From an uncultured Gemmatimonadaceae bacterium (lineage in GTDB: Bacteria; Gemmatimonadota; Gemmatimonadetes; Gemmatimonadales; Gemmatimonadaceae): 64,000 nucleotides of DNA. The DNA lies in the NCBI GenBank assembly GCA_963829055.1, contig CAWHHI010000020.1, positions 256,001-320,000 of the forward strand. Reading direction: 5' to 3'. A program made the position numbers and the translations under genes. The notes below the pieces were generated by a model. It worked only from the letters and a program-made list of their open reading frames with translations. It made no database searches and was not told the DNA's origin. Below, piece by piece: positions 33,432-45,149 of this stretch (its first letter is position 1; every line of letters begins with the position of its first letter).

Positions 33432-34739
33432 TCAGAATTGCGCCGCCTCCGTCGACCCGGCGAGCGCGACCGTCGATGCGATACCGCCGGACACGAGCTG
33501 CGTCACCGCATCGAAGTACCCGGTACCGACCTCGCGCTGGTGGCGCGTCGCGGTGTAGCCTAACGCTTCGGCCGCGAACTCCGCCTCCTGCAGCTCCGCA
33601 TACGCGGCCATGCCGCGCGTCCGATACGACTCGGCCAGCTGGAACATGCCGTAGTTCAGCGAGTGGAAGCCGGCGAGCGTCACGAACTGGAACTTGTAAC
33701 CCATCGCCCCGAGCTCGCGCTGGAATCGCGCGATCGTGCTCGCGTCGAGCTTCTTCTTCCAGTTGAACGACGGCGAGCAGTTGTAGGCGAGCATCTTCCC
33801 CGGGAATTTCTCGTGCACGCTGTCGGCGAACTGACGCGCTTCGTCGAGATCGGGCGTCGATGTCTCGCACCAGAGGAGGTCCGCGTACGGAGCATAGGCA
33901 ACGCCGCGGGCGATCGCGCAGTCGAGCCCACCCGAGATGCGGAAGAAACCTTCCGGCGTTCGCTCGCCCGTGATGAAGGGGCGGTCTCGCTCGTCGACGT
34001 CGCTCGTCAGCAGTCGCGCGCTGTCGGCATCGGTGCGGGCGATGATCACGGTCGGCACGTCGAGCACGTCGGCGGCGAGCCGCGCGGCGACGAGGGTACG
34101 AATGAACTGCCCCGTCGGCAGCAGCACCTTGCCGCCCAGGTGGCCACACTTCTTCTCGGACGAGAGCTGATCCTCGAAGTGCACGCCCGACGCGCCCGCC
34201 TCGATCATCGCCTTCATCAGCTCGAACGCGTTCAGTGGACCGCCGAACCCTGCCTCCGCATCCGCCACGATGGGCGCGAACCAGTAGTGCTCGCCGCGCT
34301 TGCCTTCGGATGCTTCGATCTCATCGGCTCGCATGAGCGCCTGATTGATGCGCCGCACCACGGATGGAACGCTGTTGGCCGGATACAGGCTCTGGTCCGG
34401 GTAGGTCTGTCCCGAGAGGTTCGCGTCGGCGGCGACCTGCCAGCCGCTGAGATAGATGGCCTCGAGTCCGCCGCGGACCTGCTGGACGGCCTGGTTGCCG
34501 GTGAGTGCGCCGAGTGCGTGGACGTAGTCGCGCGTCGTGAGCAGCTCCCAGAGCCGCCGTGCGCCGACCTGCGCCAGCGTATGGTGTACGACGACCGAGC
34601 TGCGCAGGCGCTCGACGTCCTCGGTGGTGTACGGGCGCTGAACGCCGGCCCAGCGCGACTCGGCGCCACCGACTGGCGTGGTGGCGTCAGCGTTAGGCAG
34701 CACCGGGTCGGTCGTCAGGTCGTTGATGATGGTCGCCAT
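33432..34739 (-). CDS. aceA: Isocitrate lyase
   Basis: [55 protein letters not shown]. Confidence 0.98.
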   Translation of the reverse strand: MATIINDLTTDPVLPNADATTPVGGAESRWAGVQRPYTTEDVERLRSSVVVHHTLAQVGARRLWELLTTRDYVHALGALTGNQAVQQVRGGLEAIYLSGWQVAADANLSGQTYPDQSLYPANSVPSVVRRINQALMRADEIEASEGKRGEHYWFAPIVADAEAGFGGPLNAFELMKAMIEAGASGVHFEDQLSSEKKCGHLGGKVLLPTGQFIRTLVAARLAADVLDVPTVIIARTDADSARLLTSDVDERDRPFITGERTPEGFFRISGGLDCAIARGVAYAPYADLLWCETSTPDLDEARQFADSVHEKFPGKMLAYNCSPSFNWKKKLDASTIARFQRELGAMGYKFQFVTLAGFHSLNYGMFQLAESYRTRGMAAYAELQEAEFAAEALGYTATRHQREVGTGYFDAVTQLVSGGIASTVALAGSTEAAQF

Positions 34740-34831
34740 CGCGTTGTCCTCTGGAGTTCGTGTGATTGCCGCGCAATGACGCCGTCATCTGTGACGTCGC
34801 CGGCCGCGTCCGTGGAGTCGGTCGGATCAGG

Positions 34832-36542
34832 TCAGTCGAGCCGGTCGTACGCGACGACCGTGAGGAATTCGCGCAGGTCGTAGTCGAGCGTGAGCGACGA
34901 GAAGATCTCGCACGCGTCGTCGAAGTGGCCGGTCTGGAACGCGTCCTCGCCGACGTCGCGCCGGATGGCGGTCACCTCGTCCTCGATCATGGCGGCCACG
35001 AGGCGCGGGCAGACCTCGCGGCCGTCATCGAGCCGAGCGCCGTGACGAAGCCATTGCCAGAGCTGCGCCCGGGAGATCTCCGCGGTCGCGACGTCTTCCA
35101 TCAGGTTGTACAGCGGGACCGCGCCCGCACCGCCGAGCCACGCGGCGAGATAGCGAATGCCGACGCGGATGTTGAGGCGGAGTCCATCCTCGGTGCGAGG
35201 TCCCGTCGGGATGCCTAACAAGTCTTGCGGCGGTGACGTGGACGTCTTCGCGGCGGACGTGACGCTGGTCGTCGCCGGTCATTCCGGCGGCGAACGCGTC
35301 TCGTGCGACGAGCACGAGCGCCGGGTGCGCGACCCAGGTGCCGTCGTGTCCGTCACCGGCCTCGCGCTGCTTGTCCGCGGCCACCTTCTCGAGTGCCGCG
35401 GCGTTCGCGAGCGCATCATCACGCACGGGGATCTGCGCCGCCATGCCGCCGATGGCGAACGCATCTCGGCGGTGACACGTGCGGACGACGAGCTGCGTGT
35501 AGGCCCGCATGTTCGGCTGCGTCATGGTGACCGCGGCCCGATCCGGGAACACCGCGCCGGGGTCGTGGCGACGCATCTTGATCGAGCTGAAGATGTAGTC
35601 CCAGCGACCGCAGTTGAGCCCCGAGGCATGCTCGCGGAGCTCCCACAGGATCTCGTCCATCTCGAACGCCGCCGGCAGCGTCTCGATGAGCACCGTCGCG
35701 CGGATCGTGCCGTGCGGGATGCCTAACGTGTCCTGGGCGTGGCGGAAGACGGTGTTCCAGAAGCGCGCCTCGCGATGACTCTCGAGCTTGGGCAGGTAGA
35801 AGTACGGGCCCGTTCCGCGCTCGACGAGCGCGTGCGCGTTATGGAAGAAGTAGAGACCGAAATCCACGAGGGCAGCCGGCACGGGCCGGCCGTCGAGCAG
35901 CAGGTGGTGCTCCATGAGGTGCAATCCGCGCGGCCGCACGACGAGCGTCGCGCGCTTCGGGGCGAGCCGGTAGGACTTGCCCGTCACGGGGTCCTCCAAC
36001 GCGATGGTGCCGCGCACGGCGTCGCGCAGGTTGACCTGGCCGTCGATGATGTTCTCCCAGGTCGGCGAGCACGCGTCCTCGAAGTCCGCCATGAACACGT
36101 CGGCGCCGGAGTTGAGCGCGTTGATCATCATCTTGCGATCGACCGGCGCGGTGATCTCGACGACGCGGCGCCGGAGGTCGGTGGGGGCCGGTGCCACCGT
36201 CCATTCGGCGTCGCGGATCGATTGCGTCTCGGGCAGGAAGTCGAGTCGGTCTTCACCGCGCTCGAGGCGTTCTCGCCGGTCGGCGCGGGCCGCCAGGAGC
36301 TCGCGAACCGCAGGTCCGAAGCGGTCCACGAGGTCGGCGACGAACGCCAGCGCTTCCGGCGTGAGCACGACGGCCGACCCGCCCGGCGCCGCTCGGCCAA
36401 CGGGGTGGCGGACGTCGACCCGGCGCGCGGTGGCGGCGTCGGCGCCGCTTGGCTCGGAGCCGCTTGGCGACGATGCCACGGACACCGGATGGCGTGGCCC
36501 GCGCGGGAATTCGGGCTCGAATCGAAGCGGTTGCGCTGTCAT
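34832..36542 (-). CDS. aceB: Malate synthase A, frameshift near 35225; start uncertain
   Basis: [64 protein letters not shown]. Confidence 0.95.
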
Positions 36543-36652
36543 TGGGTTCCTCGAGCTCAGCGCACCGGCGCGATGCCGGGCGACGGTGACTTCCGCTCGA
36601 TACCGCTCCATGGTGGTGGAGCGCGTGAGAGCGTGGGTGTAGCGTCGCCTGC

Positions 36653-36763
36653 TTTGCAAACTGGCAACCATGGCAGTGCCTGACAACCAACATTCAGGAA
36701 TTCAACGAGTTGGCCGGTCGCCAATTGTGAAGACGCTTGCTGTGAATCTGAAAAGTTTGTAAA
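36653..36763. promoter_or_regulatory. Putative RamB/ScfR operator boxes
   Basis: TTTGCAAA (36653-36660) and TTTGTAAA (36756-36763) in the divergent intergenic region. Confidence 0.65.
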
Positions 36764-36788
36764 TCACAGATCCATCGCGGAGGCGACC

Positions 36789-38228
36789 GTGGCAGACCCC
36801 GTGTTCCTTGGCCGACGCATCCGGTCGCTCCGCGTGCGACTTGGCGTCAGCCAGGCCGACCTCGCGAAGCGACTCGGGATCTCGTCGAGCTACCTCAACC
36901 TCCTGGAGCACGACCGGCGGCCCGTCACCGCTCCGCTCCTGCTCGAGCTGTCCCGCGTCCTCGACGTCGACCTTCGCGTTCTTGCCGGAGGCTCCGCGGA
37001 CGCCGAGCTGGTGGCGACGCTCACCGAGATCTTTGGCGAGCCCCTGTTCGAGGATCATCCGCTGACCGCCGCGGACGTGCGTGCGCTCGTCGCCGCGAGC
37101 CCCGACGTCGCGCGCGCGATCGTCCGCCTTCACGAGGGCTACGCGAGCACACGGGCGTCACTGGAGATGCTCGGTCACCAGCTGCTCGACGACCCCCAGG
37201 AGCTCGGCAACCTCGACCGCGCTCGACTCTCGTCGGAGCAGGTGTCGGACTTCATCCAGCGCCACGGCAACTACTTTCCGACGCTCGAGACCGAGGCGGA
37301 CCGTCTGCTCGCGGACAGCGGTGGCGACGGCGAGGATCTCTTCGGCCGCCTAACGCGGTACCTCGAGCGGACGCACGGGGTCCGCGTGCGCACCGTGACC
37401 GTCGGCGAGATGCGCGGCGCCGTCCGTCGCTTCGATCCCGAGCGCCGCGAGCTCCAGCTTTCCGAGATCCTCCGGCGCGGGTCACGGAACTTCCAGCTCG
37501 CCGTTCAGGCCGCCCTTCTCGGCAGCTCGCGCGCACTCGAGGCGCTGACGGTCGACCCGAAGCTCCCGAGCGACGAGTCGCGCTCGCTCGCACGCGTCGC
37601 ACTGGCCGGCTACCTCGCCGGTGCCGTGCTCATGCCGTACGACGCGTTCCTCCGCGCGGCCGAAGCGGAGCGATACGACATCGAGCTGCTCGGTCACCGC
37701 TTCCGCGTCGGCTGGGAGCAGACCTGTCACCGCCTCACGACGCTCCGACGTCCGGGCGCCGAGGGTGTGCCGTTCTACATGCTGCGCGTGGACATCGCGG
37801 GGAACATCTCCAAGCGCTTCAGCGCGGCAGGCATCCGGTTTCCGCGATTCAGTGGGCTGTGCTCACTGTGGAACGTACATGCGGCGTTCCTGCAGCCTGG
37901 GCGTGTCCGCGTGCAGCTCTCGCGGATGCTCGATGGACACACGGTGCTGGCCGTCGCGCGCACGGTGCAGCGGCATTCGGGCAGCTACAAGGCGCTCGAG
38001 GCGCCATACGCCGTGGGCATCGGCTGCGATTCGTCCCACGCGCGCCGACTCGTCTACTCCGACGGGCTCGACATCGACAATGCGGCGGCGGCGGTGCCGA
38101 TCGGCATCACCTGTCGGCTGTGCGAGCGTGCGGATTGCACCGCGCGCGCCGTGCCGTCGCTCGGAGGCGCGCTCCGGATCGATGAGAACGTACGCGGCGT
38201 GTCGTTCTTCGCGCCGGTGCCTTCATAG
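36789..38228 (+). CDS. RamB/PrpR/ScfR short-chain acyl-CoA regulator (XRE HTH and C-terminal Cys motif)
   Basis: SQADLAKRLGISSSYLNLLEHDRRP, EQTCHRLTTL, RVDIAGNISKR, PIGITCRLCERADCTARA. Confidence 0.93.
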   Translation: MADPVFLGRRIRSLRVRLGVSQADLAKRLGISSSYLNLLEHDRRPVTAPLLLELSRVLDVDLRVLAGGSADAELVATLTEIFGEPLFEDHPLTAADVRALVAASPDVARAIVRLHEGYASTRASLEMLGHQLLDDPQELGNLDRARLSSEQVSDFIQRHGNYFPTLETEADRLLADSGGDGEDLFGRLTRYLERTHGVRVRTVTVGEMRGAVRRFDPERRELQLSEILRRGSRNFQLAVQAALLGSSRALEALTVDPKLPSDESRSLARVALAGYLAGAVLMPYDAFLRAAEAERYDIELLGHRFRVGWEQTCHRLTTLRRPGAEGVPFYMLRVDIAGNISKRFSAAGIRFPRFSGLCSLWNVHAAFLQPGRVRVQLSRMLDGHTVLAVARTVQRHSGSYKALEAPYAVGIGCDSSHARRLVYSDGLDIDNAAAAVPIGITCRLCERADCTARAVPSLGGALRIDENVRGVSFFAPVPS

Positions 38229-38297
38229 CATCACGACCATAGCATCACGACGGCTGATCGTTGGACGAAAAAGCATGACCGGCTCCGTCGCGGAACA

Positions 38298-38603
38298 GCA
38301 CTACGGAACGCAGAACGCGCAGGGCCGCTGCGCGGCCATCGCAGAAGGACGCAGAAAAGAGCCGCTCGGGACACGGTGGGGACACCGAGCCTTTGAGAAA
38401 GGGGACAACCTCGGGACGCATTGGCCAGTCCGAGGCCGAGGTCATCCCGAGCGGCAGCGATTGTCATCCCGAGCAGACGCGAGGGTCGACGTCATCGGAG
38501 CCAGTCCGGCCAGGTGTACGCGAAGATCCTCGTCGCTGCCGCTCCTGGGATGCGCATTGCGTCGCGCGCGAAGCGCGCCTGCGTATTCTGCGTTGCGCAG
38601 TGC
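38298..38603. repeat. Composite palindrome (CGCAGA-type arms) with nested family C element (38441-38552)
   Basis: GCACTACGGAACGCAGAACGCGCAGG (38298-38323) is an imperfect inverted repeat of CCTGCGTATTCTGCGTTGCGCAGTGC (38578-38603). Confidence 0.7.
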
Positions 38604-38635
38604 CGACGCCACACCCCAGCATGGGGCCACCAGCT

Positions 38636-41600
38636 CTAGACTTCGAGCCGATCTCCAGGCCGCGCCGCCACGGCATACAGCGCAGGCATCAGGTAGACGC
38701 TGATCAGCAGCCGCGAGAACAGCCCACCGACGATCACGAGCGCGAACGGCCGCTGCGAGTCCGACCCGACCCCGCTCGACAGCGCGGCCGGCAGCAGGCC
38801 TAACGCGGCGACGAGCGCGGTCATCATGATCGGCCGGAGCCGCAGCAGCGCCGCCTCGCGACGTCGCGTCGGCGATACTCTTCCCCGTCCGCCGCAGCTC
38901 GTTCACGTACGAGATGTAGACGATCGCCGTCTGCACCGACACGCCGAACAGCGCCAGGAACCCGATCCCCGACGACACCGAGAACGGCGTTCCCGTAAGC
39001 TCGAGCGCGAGCAACCCGCCGATCGGCGCCGAGAGCACCACGCCCACGACCGTGATGAACGGGAACTTGAAGTTGTTGTAGAGCGCGAACAGGATCACGA
39101 AGATCAGCGTCAGCGTCACCGGCAGAATGAACTGCAGCTGCGCGCGCGACGCCGTGTACTCCTCGTACTCGCCGCCCCACACGACGCGATAGCCGGCCGG
39201 CATCGGCACCGCCGCGGCCACCTTCCGCTGCGCCTCCTGCACCGCGCCCGCGAGATCTCTGCCCTCGACCGAGTACTGGACTCCGATGAACCGGGAGTTG
39301 TCCTGCCGGTAGATGAACGACGCGCCGTTCGCGAGCTGGATGTCCGCGAGCTCGCGCAGCGGCACGCGCTGCCCGTCCGCCGTCGCGACGAGAATGTTGC
39401 CGATCTGCTCCGGCGTCTCGCGATACTGCGGCTGCGAGCCGAACGACGAGATCGAACAGCCGCTCGCCCTGCGCGACCTGCGTCGCGGCCGCTGCCGCCG
39501 ACCGCGGCCTCGATCAGCCCGTTGATGTCGGCGACGTTGATCCCGTAGCGCGCGATCTTCGCCCGGTCGATGTCGATCGTCAGGCTCGGCTGACCGAGCT
39601 CCTGCACCACCGTCACGTGCTTCACGCCGCGCACCTGGTCGAGCACGCGCTTCACCGCGCGCCCCTTCTGCTCGAGCACCGCGAGGTCGGTGCCGAACAC
39701 CTTCACGTCGAGCGAGCTCTTGAGCCCCGTCTCCGCTTCGTCGACCGCGTCCTCCGCCGGCTGCGTGAAGTTGAACGTGATGCCCGGGAACACCTTGAGC
39801 TTGTCGCCCACCGCCGCGATGAGCTCGGGCCTTCGTCGCGATACGCGCCGTTCCACTCGCTGTACGGCTTGAGCCCGACGTAGAACTCGGCGTTGAAGAA
39901 GCCCGTCGGATCGGTGCCGTCATCGGGACGGCCGTGCTCCGACGCGACGACCGTCACCTCGGGGAACGAGCGCAGGATCTCGCGCACCTGCGGCACGATC
40001 TTCGACGACTCCTCGAACGAGATCGTGTACGGCATCGTCGCCCGCACCCACAGCGCGCCCTCGTCGAGCTTCGGCATGAACTCGGCGCCGATGCGCGGGA
40101 TGAGCAGCATCGAAAGCGCGAACACGGCAGTCGACAGCGCCGATCGTCCACCACGGGCGCGCGAGCGCACGCGTCAGGCCGCGCGCATACTGCGCGCGGA
40201 TCCACTCGTAGACGGGATTCCGCCGCTCGCGCACGCCGCGCTCGCAGCAACCACGCGCACAGCACGGGCAAGCAGCGTCAGCGTGACGATGAGCGCGCCG
40301 ATCAGCGCGAAGATCGTCGTGTCCGCCATCGGCTCGAACAGCTTGCCCGACGGTCCGCGCAGCACGTAGATCGGCAGGAAGCTCGCGATGATCACCGCCA
40401 CCGCGTAGAAGATCGGCCGGTCCACCTCGGCCGCCGCGGCAATGATCGTGTGCACGACGCCGAGCCGTTCCACCTCAGGGTCAGCCAGCCGTCGATAGAT
40501 GTTCTCGACCATGACGACAGCGCCGTCGACGAGAATGCCGAAGTCGATCGCGCCGATGGACAGCAGGTTCGCCGGAATGTCGCGCAGGTCGAGGCAGATG
40601 AACGCGAACAGCAGCGACAGCGGAATCGTCACCGCGACGATGAGCCCGGACCGGAAGTCGTACAGGAAGAAGATGAGGACGATCGACGACGAGCACGATG
40701 CCGCGAAGCAGGTTGTCCTCGACCGTCCGCGTCGTCAGGCGAATGAGGTCGCTGCGATCGTAGAACGGAACGATCTTCACGTCCTTCGGCAGGATCTCGT
40801 TGTTCAGCTCGTCGCGTCTTCTTCTGGATGCCCTTGAGAACGGTCTGCGCCTGCTCGCCCGTGCGCAGCGTGACGACGCCCTCGACGGCGTCGTTCTGAT
40901 TCTGGAAGCCGAACTGGCCGAGTCGCGGCGCCGCGCCGATCACGACCTGCGCCGATGTCCTTCACGAGCACCGGCGTTCCGTCGTGCACGGCGAGGACGA
41001 CGTTACCGATGTCTTCCGTCGTCGCGACGCGGCCGAGGCCGCGCACGTAGTAGAACTGCCCGCCCTCGGAGTAGAAGCCGCCGCCGGCGTTGCCGTTGTT
41101 CGCGCCGAGCGCCGTCGCGACGTCGCGGCACGCTGAGCCCGGCGCCGGCGAGCTTCGCCGGATCGATCAGCACCTGGTACTGCATCGTCTCGCCGCCTAA
41201 CGACTCGAGGTCGGCGACGCCGGGCACGGACTTGTAGCCGCGATCGATCACCCAGTCCTGCAGGATGTGCAGATCCCGCGCGGAACGGTCAGGGCTCTGC
41301 AGCACGTAGCGATAGACCAGCCCCGACGGCGAGAACAGCGGCGACACGCCCGCCGACACGCCCTCCGGCAGCTCGACGTCGGGCACGCGCTCGAACACGC
41401 GCTGGCGCGCGAAGTAGTTGTCGGTGCCGTCCACGAACGTGAGCGTGACGTCGGACAGCCCGTACAGCGAGACCGAGCGCATCACCCGAAGTCCGGGCAG
41501 ACCGTTCATCTGCAGTCTCGACGGGCGCCGTGATCAGCCGCTCGACCTCCTCCGCGGCGTGACCCGGCCACTGCGTGATGATCTCCACCATCGGCGGCGA

Positions 41601-41858
41601 GAGATCCGGATACGCATCGACAGGCAGACGCTTGAACGACCAGAACCCGAGCGCCGACGATCGCCAGCGCCGCGAGCACGACGAGCAGCCGCTGGCGAAG
41701 CGAGATGGCGACGATGCGGTTGACGAACGATGGCCTGCGCGCGGCTTCCTCCGCCTCGGCGTGCGCGAGCTCGTGCCTCCACGTATCCGACCGTTACCGC
41801 CTGACGGTGCCCCGTCATCGACCACGGGACTCGACGGTGTTTCGACGCGATCGCTCAC
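38636..41858 (-). CDS. CusA/CzcA-family heavy-metal RND pump, many frameshifts
   Basis: LPVDAYPDLS, AEEVERLIT, NLLSIGAIDFGILVDGAVVMVENI, EFMPKLDEG, MTALVAALGLLPAA..QRPFALVIVGGL. Confidence 0.92.
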
Positions 41859-43102
41859 TGGCTCTGCGCGAACTGCACGAACAGCGCGCCCTCGGAGATG
41901 ATGCGTTCGCCCGCCTTGACTCCGGCCTTCACCTCGTACTGGTCGCCGACGCGAGAGCCGAGCGTGATCTGGCGCCTCGCGAACGAGGTGCCCTTCGCGC
42001 TCGTCACTTCCACGAACACGAACGGCAGGTTGTCGTCGTCGCGCAGCACCGACGTCACCGGGATGAGCAGTCCGCTCCGTCCGCGCGACGCGTGAATCGC
42101 GACCTGTACGTACATGTCCTTCTTGAGCAGTCGCCGCGTGTTCGGCACCACGACGCGAACCGGCGTCGCCTTCGTGTTCGGATCCACGAGCGCGGCGATG
42201 TACGCCACGCGTCCGACGAACGGCGTCGGCGATGCGGTCGTCGTCACCTCCGCACGGTCGCCCACCTGCACGGCCGAGAGGTCCGACTCGAACACGCTCG
42301 TCTGTACCCACATCGTCGCGAGGTTCGCGATCGTGTACGTCGGCGTGGACCCCGCCTGCAGCAGCTGCCCCGGGTTGATGAGCCGCTCGACGACGGTACC
42401 GTCGATCGGCGCGCGAATCGCCGCCTGCATCGTCGGCACGTCCTTGCCGTCGCGGAGCGCCGCGATCGACGCGTCGTCCACGCCTAACGCGCGGAGCTGC
42501 TGCAGCGCGGCGTCACGGTCGGCCCCGGCCGCCACAGCGTCCGTCTGCGCCTGCTCGAGGTCGCGCTTGGCGATCGCGTCGTTCTTCCAGAGCTGCTCGT
42601 CGAGATCCGCGACGCGCTTGGCCTGCACCCACGCGGCCTGCGCTTTCCGGAAGTCGGCGACCGTGGACGCAAAGTCCGGCGAGGACACGAGCGCCAACGC
42701 CTGCCCCGCGCGCACCGACGCGCCCGGCTCCGCCAGAATGCGGGTGACCGGCCCGGAGATCGGCGCGAGCACCTGCGTGGACACGTCGGCGTCGAACTGC
42801 GCCGTGCCCGTCGCCTGAATGGTCGGCCGGAAGTCCGACTGCGCCACCGGCTCGATGTGGAGCCGCGCCAGCTGCTCGGCCGGAACGATCACGGTGCCGG
42901 CGCTCGCGCCGTTCCCCGTATCCGCCGGCGACGCTGCGTTCGCCGCCGGTGTCCCGGCCGCGCTGCGCGCCGAATCGGACTCGGCGTTCGATTGCGAGCA
43001 GGCACCTAACGCGAAACTCGTCACCGCGATCGTCGTCCACGCAACCGCCTGTCGGCCAACCGAGCGCGAACGCGCGGGTGTGATTGCCTGATTACCGCGC
43101 AT
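41855..43102 (-). CDS. RND periplasmic adaptor (CzcB-like), lipoprotein
   Basis: ALGAC lipobox; APISGPVTRI, IRAPIDGTVVER, LATMWV, GVKAGERIISEG. Confidence 0.92.
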   Translation of the reverse strand: MRGNQAITPARSRSVGRQAVAWTTIAVTSFALGACSQSNAESDSARSAAGTPAANAASPADTGNGASAGTVIVPAEQLARLHIEPVAQSDFRPTIQATGTAQFDADVSTQVLAPISGPVTRILAEPGASVRAGQALALVSSPDFASTVADFRKAQAAWVQAKRVADLDEQLWKNDAIAKRDLEQAQTDAVAAGADRDAALQQLRALGVDDASIAALRDGKDVPTMQAAIRAPIDGTVVERLINPGQLLQAGSTPTYTIANLATMWVQTSVFESDLSAVQVGDRAEVTTTASPTPFVGRVAYIAALVDPNTKATPVRVVVPNTRRLLKKDMYVQVAIHASRGRSGLLIPVTSVLRDDDNLPFVFVEVTSAKGTSFARRQITLGSRVGDQYEVKAGVKAGERIISEGALFVQFAQSQ

Positions 43103-44434
43103 TGGACCCTCCGCTCTGGAGCGTGGAAAGTGGAGCACCTGTCGCACGCTCGAGATCGGCGATGGCGTCGTTCACCGCGGCGAGCGCCGCGGCGTATTGT
43201 GTCTGGGCATCGAGCAGCGTTCGCTGCGCGTCGATCACCTCGAGCGCCGACGACCCGCCGAGCGTGTAGCTGGCCGACGCGATGCGGAACGCCTCTCGCG
43301 CCGAGGGCAGCAGTTGATCGCGCAGGTAGACCGCCTGTCGGTACGACGTCGATGCCGTCGCGTAAGCGTTGCGAAGATCTTCGCCGACCTGCGCCGCGAC
43401 ATCGCGATACTGCGCTGAGAGCTCATTCTGCCGATGCTGCGCCTCGGCCACCTCACCGCGCTGGTGTTGCCAGAAGAAGATCGGCAACGCGAACCCGATG
43501 CCCGTCTCGTATTCAGAGACGCCGCCGTACGGCCGGCTCTGAGTCAGGCTGAAGTCCAGATCGGGGACGAGGTATCGCTGCGCGAGCTGCGCTTGCGCGC
43601 GTGCACCCGCCTGCTCGCTCTGCAAGCCGCGCAACTCCGGGCGACGCGCTATCGCGATTGCCTCGAGCTGCGCGAAGTCCGGCGGCACCGCAGGAATCGT
43701 CAGGCTGTCCGCCGCCTCGACGGACGCGCCGAGCACGCGACCCAACAATCGGTTGAGCGCGGCCCGTGCGTTCGCCACGCCGCGCTCGTTGGCGATGAGG
43801 TCATTTTCGGCTTGCGCGACGCTCACCTGCGCCTTGATGACATCGAGCTTCGCGACCGTGCCGGCGTTGAAACGGGCCTGGGTCTTGTCGAGAAAACCCT
43901 GCGTCAGCGTCCGAGCTTCCTCCAGATCTCGTCGATGCTGGAGCGACACGAGCAGCGAGTCATAGGCCTGGTTCGTCTGGAACACGATGAGCTGGCGCTG
44001 GAGCGTGTACGACTGATCGATGCTCCCGAGCTCGCCGCGCGCGACCTTCCCTTGCAAGATGATCTTGCCCGGGTAGGGAATCGTGATGCCGGCCGACACT
44101 TCTCTTGCGGTTCCACCGCCTGGACGGAATGCAGCCGGCTGGCCCTCGATGCTGACGCCAATCGATGGCTCGGGCAGCGCGCGAGCCTGCGTGACGCGGG
44201 CTTGTGCCTGCGCAACCTGTTCACGCGAGACCTCCAGCGTGGGGTTGCGGGCAAGTGCCTCATGGATGGCCTGTTGCCGCGTGAGGCGGAGGACGTGCGT
44301 TGTGCTGTCGGGCCGCTGCTGCGCGCTCGCGTCGCGAACGTGCCAGCAGGCAGAGAGGACCACCACAACCACCGCGACCGCAGCGCGCCGCGCGATGGAG
44401 AATGCGGTGGATGAAACCGAAAACGATGACGCAT
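43092..44434 (-). CDS. TolC-family outer-membrane factor (CzcC-like), frameshift near the 5' end
   Basis: LTRQQAIHEALARNP, RFNAGTVAKLDV, RRPEL, SYTLGGSSALEVIDAQRTL. Confidence 0.9.
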
Positions 44435-44596
44435 GCCGATTGCCCGTTGACCGGATGAGCCACGTGACCGGAACGGTCGCGTGGATGAGCTCCGTACGGC
44501 GTCGGCCTAACGAGTCGATGGCCTGCGGGCGGCGCTACCGGATAGGCAGCGCTCACGTTCCCGCGGCGGTGCTCGCGGGTATTCCGCGAGCCTCGA

Positions 44597-44983
44597 TCAG
44601 CCGAGCCGGGCGGGCACGGGCGGAGCGCGAGCGACGGTGGGATCACGCCGCTCGGCGTTGGGCTGGAGGAGCGGTGCGGCAGGTGGCTGCGCGGCGAACC
44701 GGCTGACGTGTGGCGCGAGCGGGTCCGAAACCGGCGCCGTGCTGGTGAGGTGGCGCGCGACGCATGCCGCGCAGTTCGCCTCGTTGTGCACGTAGTGAAG
44801 GCGCTCGGACTGCTGCTCGATGTGCGCTCCCAACTGCGTTGGGGCACGACCTTCACCCAGCGGCACCACCGCGGAGACGAACAGCTGCACCAGGCCGAGT
44901 AGCACGAACACGACGACCCCCGCCCGCGATCGCGGCCGGGACGGTCGAGTGGTTCGGTCAGCTTGGCGAATGGTGGCGATCAT
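44597..44983 (-). CDS. DUF2946/CruR-like leader protein (TM, HxxxxCxxC, RAPP)
   Basis: Hydrophobic segment VVVFVLLGLVQLFVSAVV; HYVHNEANCAAC; C-terminal ARAPP. Confidence 0.7.
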   Translation of the reverse strand: MIATIRQADRTTRPSRPRSRAGVVVFVLLGLVQLFVSAVVPLGEGRAPTQLGAHIEQQSERLHYVHNEANCAACVARHLTSTAPVSDPLAPHVSRFAAQPPAAPLLQPNAERRDPTVARAPPVPARLG

Positions 44984-45149
44984 CGAGTGAGTGTTACGAA
45001 ACTACGACCCCGTTACGCGAGAGACCAGCACGGCGTTGGTTTCGGGGGAGAACGGCCCCGGCGAAGGCTCACCGGGGCTACCTTGCCCGTGCCTAACTCG
45101 CCGGGCCGGGCTGCAGGCACCAACCAGCGCGCAGCGCTATTTTGGCTTC

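Noticed and set aside
38636..41858. Programmed frameshifting or pseudogenisation of the czcA-like gene
   Set aside because: Many scattered indels without slippery sites, with motifs intact; the same pattern occurs across the window
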